64,000 nt of DNA, taken from positions 3,882 to 67,881 of the forward strand of contig CAZXUO010000004.1 of NCBI GenBank assembly GCA_964643955.1. Direction: 5' to 3'. The notes under the pieces are model-generated. The model was not told the DNA's origin and made no database searches. It worked only from the letters and a program-made list of their open reading frames with translations. This DNA is from an uncultured Candidatus Saccharibacteria bacterium (GTDB lineage Bacteria > Patescibacteriota > Minisyncoccia > Phycocordibacterales > UBA918). The translations under genes and the position numbers were made by a program. Below are positions 9,283-19,624 of this stretch, piece by piece; position 1 is the stretch's first letter, and every line of letters begins with the position of its first letter.

Positions 9283-10143
9283 TTAATTATTGTACCTAAT
9301 ACAATAGGCGTTTGTACCAATTATGGCTCCGCCGAACTCGTCCCTGATCATTTCTGTTTGTGGAATACCACCAGGCTTTGCTCGACATTCAGTCATGAAA
9401 TAGATGATGTCACTTTGTGGACCTCTTCCTATTGTTGCATTAGGTGCGTGAGTATATTGTCGTGAATCGAGAAGAGTTGTGGGAGCGGCTAGTTTTTCCT
9501 GGAAGGCCGCAGCCTCTTCTTGTGTCGGTTGGGTAATCGTCACCGGATCAGGTCTGGGATTTAAGAGGTCACCAGGACGCTGCTGTGTACTTGTCTCCAC
9601 CACCACCGCCGGCTCCGCAACGCTCTGCAGGGGCGACATTCTTTGCAGGATATCTAGGTTTAAAATATTTCTATTAATGGTCTGCAGTACCACGACTGTT
9701 GAGAGTATGATGAGAAGTCCTAGAAGTGAATTCTGTATATCCTTTTTGGCCTCTTCCTTTGAAAAAACCACATCAGATGACATGTATTTGACACCTGCCA
9801 CGATGATCTTTACAACAGCAATTAACGCCCCAATACCAACAGCGAGCCTGAATAGTACATTTATGTATTCAGGAAGTGTCCTGTTTGCACCATCGAGTCC
9901 CGGAAGATTGACGAGGGGTGTGTACACACCCTTTGCAGCTGGACCTTGCGCTGTATTACTGACAGTCGCTGGCTTGTTTTGGTTGACGTTATTACCCGGC
10001 ACAGTACTTTCGGGTGCTGTGTTCCCTATCGTTCCTTCAGGTCCCATGGGAATATATTCGTTTTCCTGGGCGTGGACAGCTCCGAAGAAAATCAAAAAAA
10101 TGAAGAGTGGACTAAATATTTTTACAAATGATGCTTTAGACAT
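9283..10143 (-). CDS. VirB2/TrbC-like pilin domain protein with variable C-terminal domain (paralog A)
   Basis: Signal peptide AVHA|Q; two-TM core (YINVLFRLAVGIG..IIVAGVKYM..AKKDIQNSLLGLLIIL..IN) typical of CPR T4SS pilins. Confidence 0.7.
   Translation of the reverse strand: MSKASFVKIFSPLFIFLIFFGAVHAQENEYIPMGPEGTIGNTAPESTVPGNNVNQNKPATVSNTAQGPAAKGVYTPLVNLPGLDGANRTLPEYINVLFRLAVGIGALIAVVKIIVAGVKYMSSDVVFSKEEAKKDIQNSLLGLLIILSTVVVLQTINRNILNLDILQRMSPLQSVAEPAVVVETSTQQRPGDLLNPRPDPVTITQPTQEEAAAFQEKLAAPTTLLDSRQYTHAPNATIGRGPQSDIIYFMTECRAKPGGIPQTEMIRDEFGGAIIGTNAYCIRYNN
9596..10076. repeat. 481-bp direct repeat, copy 1 (identical to 11595-12075)
   Basis: No difference seen between copies by eye; offset 1999 bp. 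Confidence 0.92.
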
Positions 10144-10145
10144 AT

Positions 10146-11192
10146 CTAGTTAAAATGAATGGTGAACCTGCTTGTTGCAGATTGTAGGAGGGACTTAAGG
10201 TTCCGTATAGAGAAATCAATTTGTGTTGACCCAGTTGACCCAGACCTCCTTAGGGTGATTGTTTGGGGATCGTCATTTAGATTTTCAGCGGGCACCCCGT
10301 TTATATTCCATCCATATTGCGCGTTTTCAAATATACTTTTTGACATAAAGTACGGTTCAGCTCGAACACTTATTTCCTCACTGAGGAGCGTGATGTCTGA
10401 CGGTAGTGCATTTCTCGATAGCCCATGGAGAGGATTCTCTTCGTAAAAAATAATCCGAGGTTCTCTTGGAGTTATCTGTAAATAACCTGTATGTCGCGCA
10501 AGTCCGTCCGATGTTTCTGCTGTTAGTTCCACCAATGGTGTATCTGAGCGAGGCATGGTTGTAGTAAGTACGTTCATTCCGACGCCGGATTTAACAACTT
10601 GTGAGTTTATTTTCCAAGTGTAAATAAGGTTTTGTGTGCGAGCCACAGCACCGTTTGAGGTATAGATTGAAGGAAACGCAATGAGTCGAATGGTGCCGCC
10701 AGGACTCGGGAGGGAGCGTCCTCTGTAGAAATTAGGTATTTGTGTTTCACTTTCAACAATAATATCTATTGCACTTGGAATAATTGTCCGAGAAACGGTA
10801 TGGGCTAGACCACTTTGTTCGACTACTCGCACACTAATCTGAAGCGGGGTCCCAAGAGTCGGCGCGGTGAGAGATATTTCTTGCTGTCCAGCGTACTCAG
10901 AGACAGGTGTTCCATCAATGCTCCAAGTAATAGTCGCTCTATTTATGTCATAGGCATACGCTTCAACGCGCGCGACGAAGGGTCGTAACGCCTGTGGTGT
11001 TTCTGGGTTTGTAGTGAGGATTGTTTCACCGCCAGGAATTCCGATCTGTGCCGAGGCAACTGCGGTTGTTCCTATAAAAAAAAGAATCGTAGCAAGTAAG
11101 ACAAAAAATGAACGTATCCAATACACTCTCGATTTGACAGTATGCATACTATTTGAGCTTATTGTATCTTCAACAAATGTTTTTGTCCTCAT
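10146..11192 (-). CDS. Exported protein with repeated Ig/PKD-like domains
   Basis: Signal/TM then three units with WSIDG, YTWKING, YGWNING motifs; start may be downstream of 11192. Confidence 0.7.
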   Translation of the reverse strand: MRTKTFVEDTISSNSMHTVKSRVYWIRSFFVLLATILFFIGTTAVASAQIGIPGGETILTTNPETPQALRPFVARVEAYAYDINRATITWSIDGTPVSEYAGQQEISLTAPTLGTPLQISVRVVEQSGLAHTVSRTIIPSAIDIIVESETQIPNFYRGRSLPSPGGTIRLIAFPSIYTSNGAVARTQNLIYTWKINSQVVKSGVGMNVLTTTMPRSDTPLVELTAETSDGLARHTGYLQITPREPRIIFYEENPLHGLSRNALPSDITLLSEEISVRAEPYFMSKSIFENAQYGWNINGVPAENLNDDPQTITLRRSGSTGSTQIDFSIRNLKSLLQSATSRFTIHFN

Positions 11193-11302
11193 TGGTTGTC
11201 CTCATAGTTAGCTCCTCGCTCTAGGTAAGTATTATATTTAGTCGTTATATACGTAGATTCGTCGTAAAAAGCATAAATGCCCCCTGCTTGATATCAAGCC
11301 GT

Positions 11303-12145
11303 TTAGGGGTTGAGACCGAGAATCTCTGCACAGCCTGCCTTTAAGGGAGGAGGATTTTTGACAAGATAGTTTGGAATTTCACACTGCATGACAGATCCAT
11401 CAGTTGTTTGTCGTGAGTGCATGGTTCCACCCTTACAAGAGCACTCAGCTCGCTTGTCACGAATGACGGCTGTCTGTCCTGAAGTTGATCCAGAAAGGCC
11501 ACCTGAAAAATCAATGGTGACCCCAGAGGAGGAGGCCATTCTTTGAAGATCTTCGTTTGGGGGCACGTCTACGAAGATTGCTGTCGGCGCCGGTTCCACC
11601 ACCACCGCCGGCTCCGCAACGCTCTGCAGGGGCGACATTCTTTGCAGGATATCTAGGTTTAAAATATTTCTATTAATGGTCTGCAGTACCACGACTGTTG
11701 AGAGTATGATGAGAAGTCCTAGAAGTGAATTCTGTATATCCTTTTTGGCCTCTTCCTTTGAAAAAACCACATCAGATGACATGTATTTGACACCTGCCAC
11801 GATGATCTTTACAACAGCAATTAACGCCCCAATACCAACAGCGAGCCTGAATAGTACATTTATGTATTCAGGAAGTGTCCTGTTTGCACCATCGAGTCCC
11901 GGAAGATTGACGAGGGGTGTGTACACACCCTTTGCAGCTGGACCTTGCGCTGTATTACTGACAGTCGCTGGCTTGTTTTGGTTGACGTTATTACCCGGCA
12001 CAGTACTTTCGGGTGCTGTGTTCCCTATCGTTCCTTCAGGTCCCATGGGAATATATTCGTTTTCCTGGGCGTGGATGGTATTGAATGGAATAAGTAGTGA
12101 AAAAAGAATACCCACTGCAGTAAAAAATTTATAAAGATCTAACAT
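11303..12145 (-). CDS. VirB2/TrbC-like pilin domain protein with Cys-containing C-terminal domain (paralog B)
   Basis: Same core as 9283-10143; different signal peptide and C-terminus. Confidence 0.7.
   Translation of the reverse strand: MLDLYKFFTAVGILFSLLIPFNTIHAQENEYIPMGPEGTIGNTAPESTVPGNNVNQNKPATVSNTAQGPAAKGVYTPLVNLPGLDGANRTLPEYINVLFRLAVGIGALIAVVKIIVAGVKYMSSDVVFSKEEAKKDIQNSLLGLLIILSTVVVLQTINRNILNLDILQRMSPLQSVAEPAVVVEPAPTAIFVDVPPNEDLQRMASSSGVTIDFSGGLSGSTSGQTAVIRDKRAECSCKGGTMHSRQTTDGSVMQCEIPNYLVKNPPPLKAGCAEILGLNP
11595..12075. repeat. 481-bp direct repeat, copy 2
   Basis: Matches 9596-10076. Confidence 0.92.
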
Positions 12146-12154
12146 AGTATTAAC

Positions 12155-12643
12155 TCAATCAGAGCGTATGATTCTGCGTCGGAGGCGCATGGTATTTGTA
12201 GGCATACTTTCTTCGCGTTTCTTTTTTTCTTCGGCATCCTCACGCCTGACAATATAAATTTGGACGATGGTCCAGATAGTTATTCCAGGGAGCACATTCA
12301 GAAAGGGCATAAAATCAACAAGGAGCGCAATGAAACTCGTCGTTACTTTTCTTAGCACATATTCCCCCTTCATGAAGGAAACTCCTGAGAGGAGAAACCA
12401 TAAAATGAGGGTGAGGTAGCCCATCCCGATAATAGCCCACGAAAGGACGCTCTGTGTTGCTGTGGCTAAAAACATAAGTGCTGCAGCTGCAAGTCCGCCA
12501 AAAAAAGGGATCCATGATGCAAAAAAGCCCACAACTGACGCCATGAGCAATATAATTCCAGTCGCGAATTGTGCCAGATCAAACCCCAGGGCGATCACAA
12601 TCATGAGAGCAGCCTTTGTTTTGGAGATCCTCTCTTCTCTCAT
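12155..12643 (-). CDS. Integral membrane protein of T4SS-like operon
   Basis: Multiple hydrophobic helices; overlaps virB4 stop by 4 bp. Confidence 0.75.
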   Translation of the reverse strand: MREERISKTKAALMIVIALGFDLAQFATGIILLMASVVGFFASWIPFFGGLAAAALMFLATATQSVLSWAIIGMGYLTLILWFLLSGVSFMKGEYVLRKVTTSFIALLVDFMPFLNVLPGITIWTIVQIYIVRREDAEEKKKREESMPTNTMRLRRRIIRSD

Positions 12644-14466
12644 TGTGTGCGATTTAATTCATCCATATCCCTTCGCTCCTTCTTGATCTGGAGAAGTTGG
12701 GATGGATCGGAGGTGATGATTTGGTCTTCGGTGTACGAGGCAATGATTTTAATCGCGACATGCTTAAGCCCTGCAAAGAAGATTCCCTCCCCTACGCCCG
12801 ACTCGAGCAGTAAGAACTTCTCTTCATCAGTGAGATTGAAGGTTTCTTGTACGCGATCGATCGAGGTCGGCGACTGCTTCATGAGGAGTTGGATCGAGGA
12901 GTTCGTCAGCATCGGTACGCCGTATGGAGAGCGGAGGAAGTCGTCGACGTCTTGAGTAATAGTCGAGAGACCGAGATAGTATTTGCGTCCGCGTTTTGCA
13001 ATACCATAGAGGAATGAAGCAGTATCTTCTGATTTCATCATCCACCACGCTTCGTCGATGACGAGGAGGCGCTTCTTGAGTGTGCGACGGATCGCGCTCC
13101 AAATGAAGTGTGTAATGATGTACATCGCGACCGTCTTGAGCTCGTCCTCCATGTCACGAAGCGAAAATACAACAAACTTTTGTTCGATGTCGACATTGGT
13201 CGCTTGGTTCATGAAGCCTGCCCACGTACCCTTTGTGTACTTCGTGAGACGCTGTACAAGTGACTCACTTCCCTCCATACCAGCGAGCACCATCTCAAAA
13301 TCAGAAAGAAGTGGTGGTTCGAGGCTCGAGAAGTCGCTGTCGCCCGTGATGTCTTTGAGTGCGTATGTCTCAGTAATAGCGCGGTCGATGATGGCGTCTT
13401 CTTCAGGTGTGAGCCCTGAAAGCATGATGCGGAAAAGACCGACGAGCGAAATGATGTGTGAGCGAAGGATGTCTTGCGGTGACTCGTCCTGCTGAGGTTT
13501 CGGAAGATCGAACGGATTGATGTGGTGGTTTGATGAGAGAGAAATATTGAAAAAGCGTCCACCGGTCGCTTCGGCAAGATATTCGTATTCTCGTTCAGGG
13601 TCGATGACGATGACTTCTGCACCAAACATGAGTGAGCGAAGAATCTCGAGTTTTGCAGCGTACGACTTACCCGAACCAGAAGTGGCAAAGGTTACGGAGT
13701 TGTAGTTCTCGAGCGAGAAGCGATCAAAGAGAATGAGCGAGGAATTGTGGCGATTGATGCCGTAGAGGATGCCGGTGTCTGCGGTGAGGTCAAATGAAGT
13801 GAATGGGAAGAAGCTCGAAAGCGGTGATGAATTGAGCTTGGTGTGCACCTCGAGTAAGTCGGTTGCAATCGGCATGACGCTTTTGAAGCCTTGTTCTTGT
13901 TGGAAAAGTGCAGGTTTGAGATACACGAGACGTGCGTCGAGCACCGCCTTGATCTCCCCTATCGTCTTTTCGATATCATCGTCAGTGTTTCCGTAGATTG
14001 CAAAATAGAGACCCACATTGAAGAGACGTTCCTCTGCTTGTTGGAGCTTGTCGCGAAGCTCCTCAAGGTTTCTATACGCAGCGTCGAGCTGTGGGTCGCG
14101 CACGAAGCCTTTTTCTGCGCGGACATTAATCTGGCTCTGCACTTCGGCAACCTTCTTTTGGAATTTCTTTAGAACCTCCGCCGTGTCCATAGGGTGGACG
14201 ACGATCGAGACATCAAATACCCGTTCGAGGTTGAGGATCGGCTCGAGCCAGCCGTCGTTGAGGTATCGCGGGAACGAAATTGCAAAGAAGGTACGTACGA
14301 GCTTTCCGCTCAAATTGATTTCTTGTGGCGTGATACCGACTGCCGATGGTGCAATCACGTCTTCAAGCGACATTACGCTCGCGTTTTCAATGTCGCGCGG
14401 AAGCACTGAAGAAAGGATGTTTTCTTCTTCAGGCTCTTTCTTTTTTATAAAATCAAATATTCCCAT
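12640..14466 (-). CDS. virB4: VirB4-like ATPase (TraC/TraE family)
   Basis: ATSGSGKS Walker A, VIDPEREY, INPFD, LLVIDEAW Walker B, RGRKY..TQ. Confidence 0.9.
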   Translation of the reverse strand: MGIFDFIKKKEPEEENILSSVLPRDIENASVMSLEDVIAPSAVGITPQEINLSGKLVRTFFAISFPRYLNDGWLEPILNLERVFDVSIVVHPMDTAEVLKKFQKKVAEVQSQINVRAEKGFVRDPQLDAAYRNLEELRDKLQQAEERLFNVGLYFAIYGNTDDDIEKTIGEIKAVLDARLVYLKPALFQQEQGFKSVMPIATDLLEVHTKLNSSPLSSFFPFTSFDLTADTGILYGINRHNSSLILFDRFSLENYNSVTFATSGSGKSYAAKLEILRSLMFGAEVIVIDPEREYEYLAEATGGRFFNISLSSNHHINPFDLPKPQQDESPQDILRSHIISLVGLFRIMLSGLTPEEDAIIDRAITETYALKDITGDSDFSSLEPPLLSDFEMVLAGMEGSESLVQRLTKYTKGTWAGFMNQATNVDIEQKFVVFSLRDMEDELKTVAMYIITHFIWSAIRRTLKKRLLVIDEAWWMMKSEDTASFLYGIAKRGRKYYLGLSTITQDVDDFLRSPYGVPMLTNSSIQLLMKQSPTSIDRVQETFNLTDEEKFLLLESGVGEGIFFAGLKHVAIKIIASYTEDQIITSDPSQLLQIKKERRDMDELNRTQ

Positions 14467-14468
14467 AG

Positions 14469-15110
14469 TTATACCGGCAATGCCTTGTTACTTTCTGCAG
14501 GGTTGAAGAGGTGATAAAAGAGCTCGATTATTTCGTTGGTGCCGAGGGTGACAGTGCGTACGCCGATGCGGCTAAGTCCTTGCGTAACGACCGCAACGCG
14601 CTGCTCGATCTGAGTGCGGTCTTCATCGAAGCGTGCAAGTGATTCGGTATCTGCCTCGGAAGATGATTTTGTTCGGAAGACGTTTCCGAGTCCGCTAATT
14701 CCCCCACTGAGATTGAGTGTTGAGGGTGTGTATGAAATCACGACAAAGAAACTTTTTGTCATAATTTCGACTTCATTGGTGAGGTTCTCGACAAAGCCAA
14801 TGTATTCACGGAGCTGGACGCGCATGAGGTCATTGTCTTGTGCAGGCTCTCGCTCTCGAAGTAGTGCGAGGTACGGCTGGATATTGAGCCGGCGCGACTG
14901 CACATATATTTGGAGTGAAAAATCGAGTGTGTTGAGGAATGATTGAAATTGCGCAAGGATCGCATGCTGTTCGTCCTGTGATTTAAGCGCGAAGTTGATT
15001 GACGAAACCATGAGTATTGCGCGCATACTGCCATCTTTCAAGATTGCGATATCATCGCGGATCTCCTTTAGTGGTACAAACTCTTGTGCTGCTGGTGTGC
15101 TGCGTGCCAT
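14469..15110 (-). CDS. T4SS-associated protein resembling the VirB4 N-terminal region
   Basis: VSSINFALKSQDEQ..FLNTLDFSLQI motif; sits between PrgI and VirB4. Confidence 0.7.
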   Translation of the reverse strand: MARSTPAAQEFVPLKEIRDDIAILKDGSMRAILMVSSINFALKSQDEQHAILAQFQSFLNTLDFSLQIYVQSRRLNIQPYLALLREREPAQDNDLMRVQLREYIGFVENLTNEVEIMTKSFFVVISYTPSTLNLSGGISGLGNVFRTKSSSEADTESLARFDEDRTQIEQRVAVVTQGLSRIGVRTVTLGTNEIIELFYHLFNPAESNKALPV

Positions 15111-15113
15111 ATG

Positions 15114-15512
15114 TTATTTGTCTTTTTTTAGCGCGTTGAGTTCCAACTTTCGTGACAGCGAGGCGATGTTGTTTGAGGTTGGTGGTGTGTAGAGTGGCGT
15201 ACTACCGGCATACGAAGAAGTTACTGGCTTTTTATCAGTTTTTTTCCAGAGATAAAGTCGTGTTGAGCTAATGTAGCGGATCGCTGATTCAACAAAGACC
15301 GAAAGTGGCCGGTTGTTTACGGGGAAAAATGCAAGACCAGCAGCAAGAGCCATAATAGGCCCGGCAATAACCAAAAAAAGCAAGAACGGCAAGAGTATAT
15401 ACAGCATCACCCCAGCTCCTGCTCCACCTGCGAGGTAGATAAATTGCTTCCACGTAAAGGGACCGAAGATTTTGTCCTCCACTTCAATAAATTGTGGTAC
15501 TTCAAAACGCAT
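15114..15512 (-). CDS. prgI: PrgI family protein (VirB3-like)
   Basis: VPQFIEVEDKIFGPFTWKQF N-terminus, 2 TM, NNRP motif. Confidence 0.85.
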   Translation of the reverse strand: MRFEVPQFIEVEDKIFGPFTWKQFIYLAGGAGAGVMLYILLPFLLFLVIAGPIMALAAGLAFFPVNNRPLSVFVESAIRYISSTRLYLWKKTDKKPVTSSYAGSTPLYTPPTSNNIASLSRKLELNALKKDK

Positions 15513-15568
15513 AACGATATCTCAAGTATACATCTTCGCACTCCATCGACCGACAAAACACGTGCGGA

Positions 15569-16135
15569 TTACGCGTGCGGCGGCACCGGGGGTGGTGAGG
15601 GTGGTAATGGAGACGAGGTTGGTACTACGGGAGTAGCAGAAGGTACTGGTGTTTGTACGGGAGTGTCTTGATATCGAGGTACGGCCATGAGTGGTTTTTG
15701 GTAACTTGGGACCGCATGCATTGGTTTATGTTGAGTTTCAATCTGAGGAGTAGGTATGCCTGATGCTGATGAATCAGAAGATGGTTTGTTTTCTTCCTCA
15801 AACTTATTGCGTTCTGTATAGACAGCATCAAGGATTGCTCGAATTTCAGGAGTAAAGACTCGCTCTGTAATAGTGGTTGTAACTTTTCGCGCAATCTCAA
15901 CTCGATTCTCGAGGAGAGCAAGGATACGTGTTGGGAAATCTGTGTATTCACGATACGCAAGTAGAACAAACACAATCTCGTCTTCAATCTCTCGAATCTT
16001 TTGTTCAGAAAGGCCGTTTTCCGAACCAACTTCCTGTATCTTTTCAGCGAGATCGGGCGCGAGTAGAGCTTCCTGAAGTACTTCAGGAAGCTCTCTCAAC
16101 CGCTCAGATAATTTTTTTATTGTGTCTTCATTCAT
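15569..16135 (-). CDS. Hypothetical protein, Pro-rich C-terminus
   Basis: 188-aa ORF within operon. Confidence 0.7.
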   Translation of the reverse strand: MNEDTIKKLSERLRELPEVLQEALLAPDLAEKIQEVGSENGLSEQKIREIEDEIVFVLLAYREYTDFPTRILALLENRVEIARKVTTTITERVFTPEIRAILDAVYTERNKFEEENKPSSDSSASGIPTPQIETQHKPMHAVPSYQKPLMAVPRYQDTPVQTPVPSATPVVPTSSPLPPSPPPVPPHA

Positions 16136-16140
16136 AGGTT

Positions 16141-18171
16141 TTAATCCTCAGAGTCCTTCTTCCTCGCTTCTTTTAGTGCCGCAAGGAGGCTCTCCTCGCG
16201 CTTTTCTTCGGGTGTTTTCTTTCGGTCTTTCTCAATTGCTTCTGCCGCTGCGGCATTTTCTGCTTTCGTTTGTCGCAAGAAGCTTGGCGAGAATGAACCG
16301 CCGCGCTTCAATACCTCCGCATAATTTCTTTGACGCTCACCTTTGACCTTAGCGACTTCAGTTGCACGCTCAGTGAGTAGGCGCTTCTTCTCTTCTTCTC
16401 GCTCGTTTATTTCAACATTATGTTCAGCTTCAACTTGCTCGACCTGTAATTTCTGTGCATCTGCCTGTGCGCGGTATGCAGCACGCTCTCCCTCAGTAAG
16501 GCTTCTATCACCAGCCTGTCTCAAGAGATTTGAAAGTGTTTGTTTTTCTCGTGTCACCGCTTGAGTTTTTGCACGCTGGCGCACTTTAATATCTGCTTCG
16601 AGATTTTCTATCTGCTCTTTATGGAGCACCTCGGCTTTCTTAACTGCCTCTGTATCTTGACCAAGTGATTTTGCAAACTCAGTTTCCTGCTTAATGATAT
16701 CTTTTTGACGCTGCTCGTAGCCTCCCTTCTGAGGTTTTCCAAGATCGAGGCCGCTGAGTTTGGCGAGACCTGTTTTATCGAGCGTGGCGCGTACATCAAA
16801 ACTACTTTTAGCGACATAGCGGCTGCTCTTTAGAGCTGCTTTTGCTGCAAGGCCGCGCACGCCACCTTTGCTGGCAGCGTTATTGAGTGCTTCCGAATTA
16901 TTCGTGATATTTCCCAAGCGCCCAATAGTGTTTCTGCCGAGCGCCCCAACGGTTCCCGCTGCAAGGCGCGCGCCCATGCGAGTTGAAAAGTTGGCACCAT
17001 ATGCTCCCATTTGTTTTGCGACAATAAGTGATGCGACCATGAGGACTATAGTGAGACAAAAGAATGCAGCAGTAGTAAATCCTTTTTGTGCACCATTACC
17101 TACGAAGACCCCATCAAAATTTTGCGTTGCTGCGGTGTAGCCCTCAGCCACTTTCATGGTGAGGTAGAGCATGAAGAAAAGTGCAGGCGCAAAGAAAGCT
17201 TGTTCGAAAAGCGTCTTCCACCACTTTTTTGACCAGCTTTCAAGTGCAGGGAATACGCTTGCAGCAAATGCAATAGGAGAAAGCATCATAATAATGAGGA
17301 GTACCCCGAAGCGTATTGCTATAAGTAATGCAGCTGCAGCAAATACAAACGAAGCTGCGATCACGAATATCGCAATCCCAATAACAAATGGAATCATTGC
17401 GTCCCCGTCCGTGTTCCAACCGCCGACTTTCTTAACCATCGAATCTTTATGATTCGGATCAGGAACGGCAATGAGTCTAATGAGGCCCATTTGCGCCATG
17501 AAGGCTTCTCCGGCGTTAAGACCAGCGAGATTGGTCCCTTGGGCATTTTCGCCGATGCCCATATTATTATAAATTTGGATTGCTGTGACATTTGAGACAT
17601 CGATGACAACCTTTGAAATAAAGAGACTGAAATTGACAAGGAGTGCCCCCATAATTATCGATGTGAGCATTTTTTTGGTATCACTCCCGACATTTAAAAT
17701 AGTTCTGAAACCTACGTATACAAGACCGAATATAAATGTAAGATTGACCAGGTCGCGCACAATACTCCATATAAGATCAACACTTTGAGCAAGAGGGCCT
17801 TGTATCCAATAGCCCATTCCGAGGATGAAGTGTTCGATCGCTGCATTAAATAGGCTAACGGTAATATAGAGAACGTAGCCGACGATACCGATAATAAGTC
17901 CACTAATGCTCCATGATGGAATTATTTCCATTTTTTCGCCGGTTGAGCTCCGAGTTGCTGCGCCTAAAGCGGGATCATTTTTGACTTGCTCTAGCGTGAC
18001 TGCGCTTCCTATATCACCTCGTCCTTGGTTTATACCGATTGGGGAATAGTCAGGAGCCTCACCTGGATCGGGTTGTTGCGCGCGCACTACCAGAGGAGAG
18101 AATAAGGCGAATATTCCTGATATTAAAAGTATCAGGAGAGGTGCACTTATTTTAATAAAAGTGTTATTCAT
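16141..18171 (-). CDS. VirB6/TrbL-like polytopic membrane protein with coiled-coil tail
   Basis: WSIVRDLVN, ALLVNFS, IRFGVLL..SPIAF, KKWW motifs; multiple TM helices. Confidence 0.75.
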   Translation of the reverse strand: MNNTFIKISAPLLILLISGIFALFSPLVVRAQQPDPGEAPDYSPIGINQGRGDIGSAVTLEQVKNDPALGAATRSSTGEKMEIIPSWSISGLIIGIVGYVLYITVSLFNAAIEHFILGMGYWIQGPLAQSVDLIWSIVRDLVNLTFIFGLVYVGFRTILNVGSDTKKMLTSIIMGALLVNFSLFISKVVIDVSNVTAIQIYNNMGIGENAQGTNLAGLNAGEAFMAQMGLIRLIAVPDPNHKDSMVKKVGGWNTDGDAMIPFVIGIAIFVIAASFVFAAAALLIAIRFGVLLIIMMLSPIAFAASVFPALESWSKKWWKTLFEQAFFAPALFFMLYLTMKVAEGYTAATQNFDGVFVGNGAQKGFTTAAFFCLTIVLMVASLIVAKQMGAYGANFSTRMGARLAAGTVGALGRNTIGRLGNITNNSEALNNAASKGGVRGLAAKAALKSSRYVAKSSFDVRATLDKTGLAKLSGLDLGKPQKGGYEQRQKDIIKQETEFAKSLGQDTEAVKKAEVLHKEQIENLEADIKVRQRAKTQAVTREKQTLSNLLRQAGDRSLTEGERAAYRAQADAQKLQVEQVEAEHNVEINEREEEKKRLLTERATEVAKVKGERQRNYAEVLKRGGSFSPSFLRQTKAENAAAAEAIEKDRKKTPEEKREESLLAALKEARKKDSED

Positions 18172-18174
18172 AGG

Positions 18175-19623
18175 TTATTCTCCCCCGCTTTGACCGCCTC
18201 CTGGGGTTCCGCAAAGATTATTGAGTTGACTTGCGATCTGACCTAACTGGATGACGAGCTCATCGGTCCGGAACTTTTCTTGTGCGTTTGTGAAGCTGGT
18301 GTGGAGTCGACCGCTTGCACGGAGTTCAGAAAGTTCCTGTACAATATTGATTTTCTCTTCGTCTGATGCGGTGTTGTATTCAGACTGGAGACTTCTTAGG
18401 AGAGAAAGGTTTGCGTCAGCATCGTTTTGCTTCTGGAGAGCTTCGTTAAGAATAGGATTTGTTTGGTTGATGATATTAGTCGCATTGCTGCACGAACTAT
18501 TTGACTGTGCTTGCACAATGATCGCTTGTGCGCGAGAAACTACATTTGCATAGAGTGCACGATATGCATTTTCATCATTGATCGCTGTACCGAAGAGACC
18601 ATCGTCTTCTTCTGTTATTGGAGCGCCTCCAATATATTCGTCAAAGTTGGTGTTTCCCATTCGATCAATATAAGATGTGTTGCCGTAGCTGCCACCGGTA
18701 CTTGTAAGTCCAAGCAGTCCAGCAGCACCCTGAAGTGCTTGTTGTGCAAGTTGTGCAAAGAGTGCGCTTATAATCTCGTTAATTTCGTCAGCATTAAGAA
18801 GTGCGCGTTTGCCAGTTGAGAGCTCGAAAGTAAGCATCTCTGAGATAGCCTTGCCGGGCATGGTGATGGTGCAGTTTTCTTGCTCTCCAACCGCAGTACA
18901 AGCAGCTTTCGACAAGAAACCATTTCCCCAATTGAGTTTACTGAGGTCGAGGGTGATTCGATTGTTGACACGTTCTATGAGAAGACGCTGCGTAGATGCT
19001 TGTACTCCGAAGAAATTGTTATTTGGATTTGTGGTGAGTTCGAGCCATCCTTCCATGCCTCCCGCGAGGAAATTTCCTCCAAGGAATCTGTTGACTGAAT
19101 TTTCTGCGTTTCCAATAGCACTACTGAGGGTACATTGTATGCGGCGCGCAGCACTTGCGCGGTAGTTGAGTTGGAGTCCGAGGCGGATATCAAGCTCAAA
19201 GGGTGAACATAAGAAACCAAGCTCGGTGCCGTAGATAATTTCTCCGGCGGCTTGGTCAGCGACATTTATAAGGAAAGCTTCTAAGTCTGCGACAAACGCA
19301 GGACTTCCTTTAAAACCTGAGTTGATCCAACGAATGAGGCTTCGTTGCATCTGGAGAAGTACCTGTCGTCCAATAAAGAAGAGAATACCATCGAGCGAAA
19401 ACTCTTTCAGCACCAGCGATTCGAGACCGAGTGCCGCGGCAACATCTGCGACAGCAGAGATTGTGCTTTGTATAAGGTTGCCTCCAACCTCCACTACCGG
19501 TTCCGCCGCTACGGTTTTTTTAGGTGTTGCAAGGCCCATCATCGATACGATCATCACGATGAATAGGAATCCAGTAAGTCCTTTCTTTCCAAACTCGACG
19601 ATTTTGTGTAGATGCATCTGCAT
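18175..19623 (-). CDS. Exported/membrane protein of T4SS-like operon
   Basis: Signal peptide; WINSGFKGSPAFV, LCSPF and GNGFLS..C..TMPG motifs. Confidence 0.7.
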   Translation of the reverse strand: MQMHLHKIVEFGKKGLTGFLFIVMIVSMMGLATPKKTVAAEPVVEVGGNLIQSTISAVADVAAALGLESLVLKEFSLDGILFFIGRQVLLQMQRSLIRWINSGFKGSPAFVADLEAFLINVADQAAGEIIYGTELGFLCSPFELDIRLGLQLNYRASAARRIQCTLSSAIGNAENSVNRFLGGNFLAGGMEGWLELTTNPNNNFFGVQASTQRLLIERVNNRITLDLSKLNWGNGFLSKAACTAVGEQENCTITMPGKAISEMLTFELSTGKRALLNADEINEIISALFAQLAQQALQGAAGLLGLTSTGGSYGNTSYIDRMGNTNFDEYIGGAPITEEDDGLFGTAINDENAYRALYANVVSRAQAIIVQAQSNSSCSNATNIINQTNPILNEALQKQNDADANLSLLRSLQSEYNTASDEEKINIVQELSELRASGRLHTSFTNAQEKFRTDELVIQLGQIASQLNNLCGTPGGGQSGGE

Positions 19624-19624
19624 A

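Noticed and set aside
9479-12134. Duplicated plus-strand ORFs 9479-10153 and 11676-12134
   Set aside because: Antisense to the pilin genes; their similarity just reflects the 481-bp repeat
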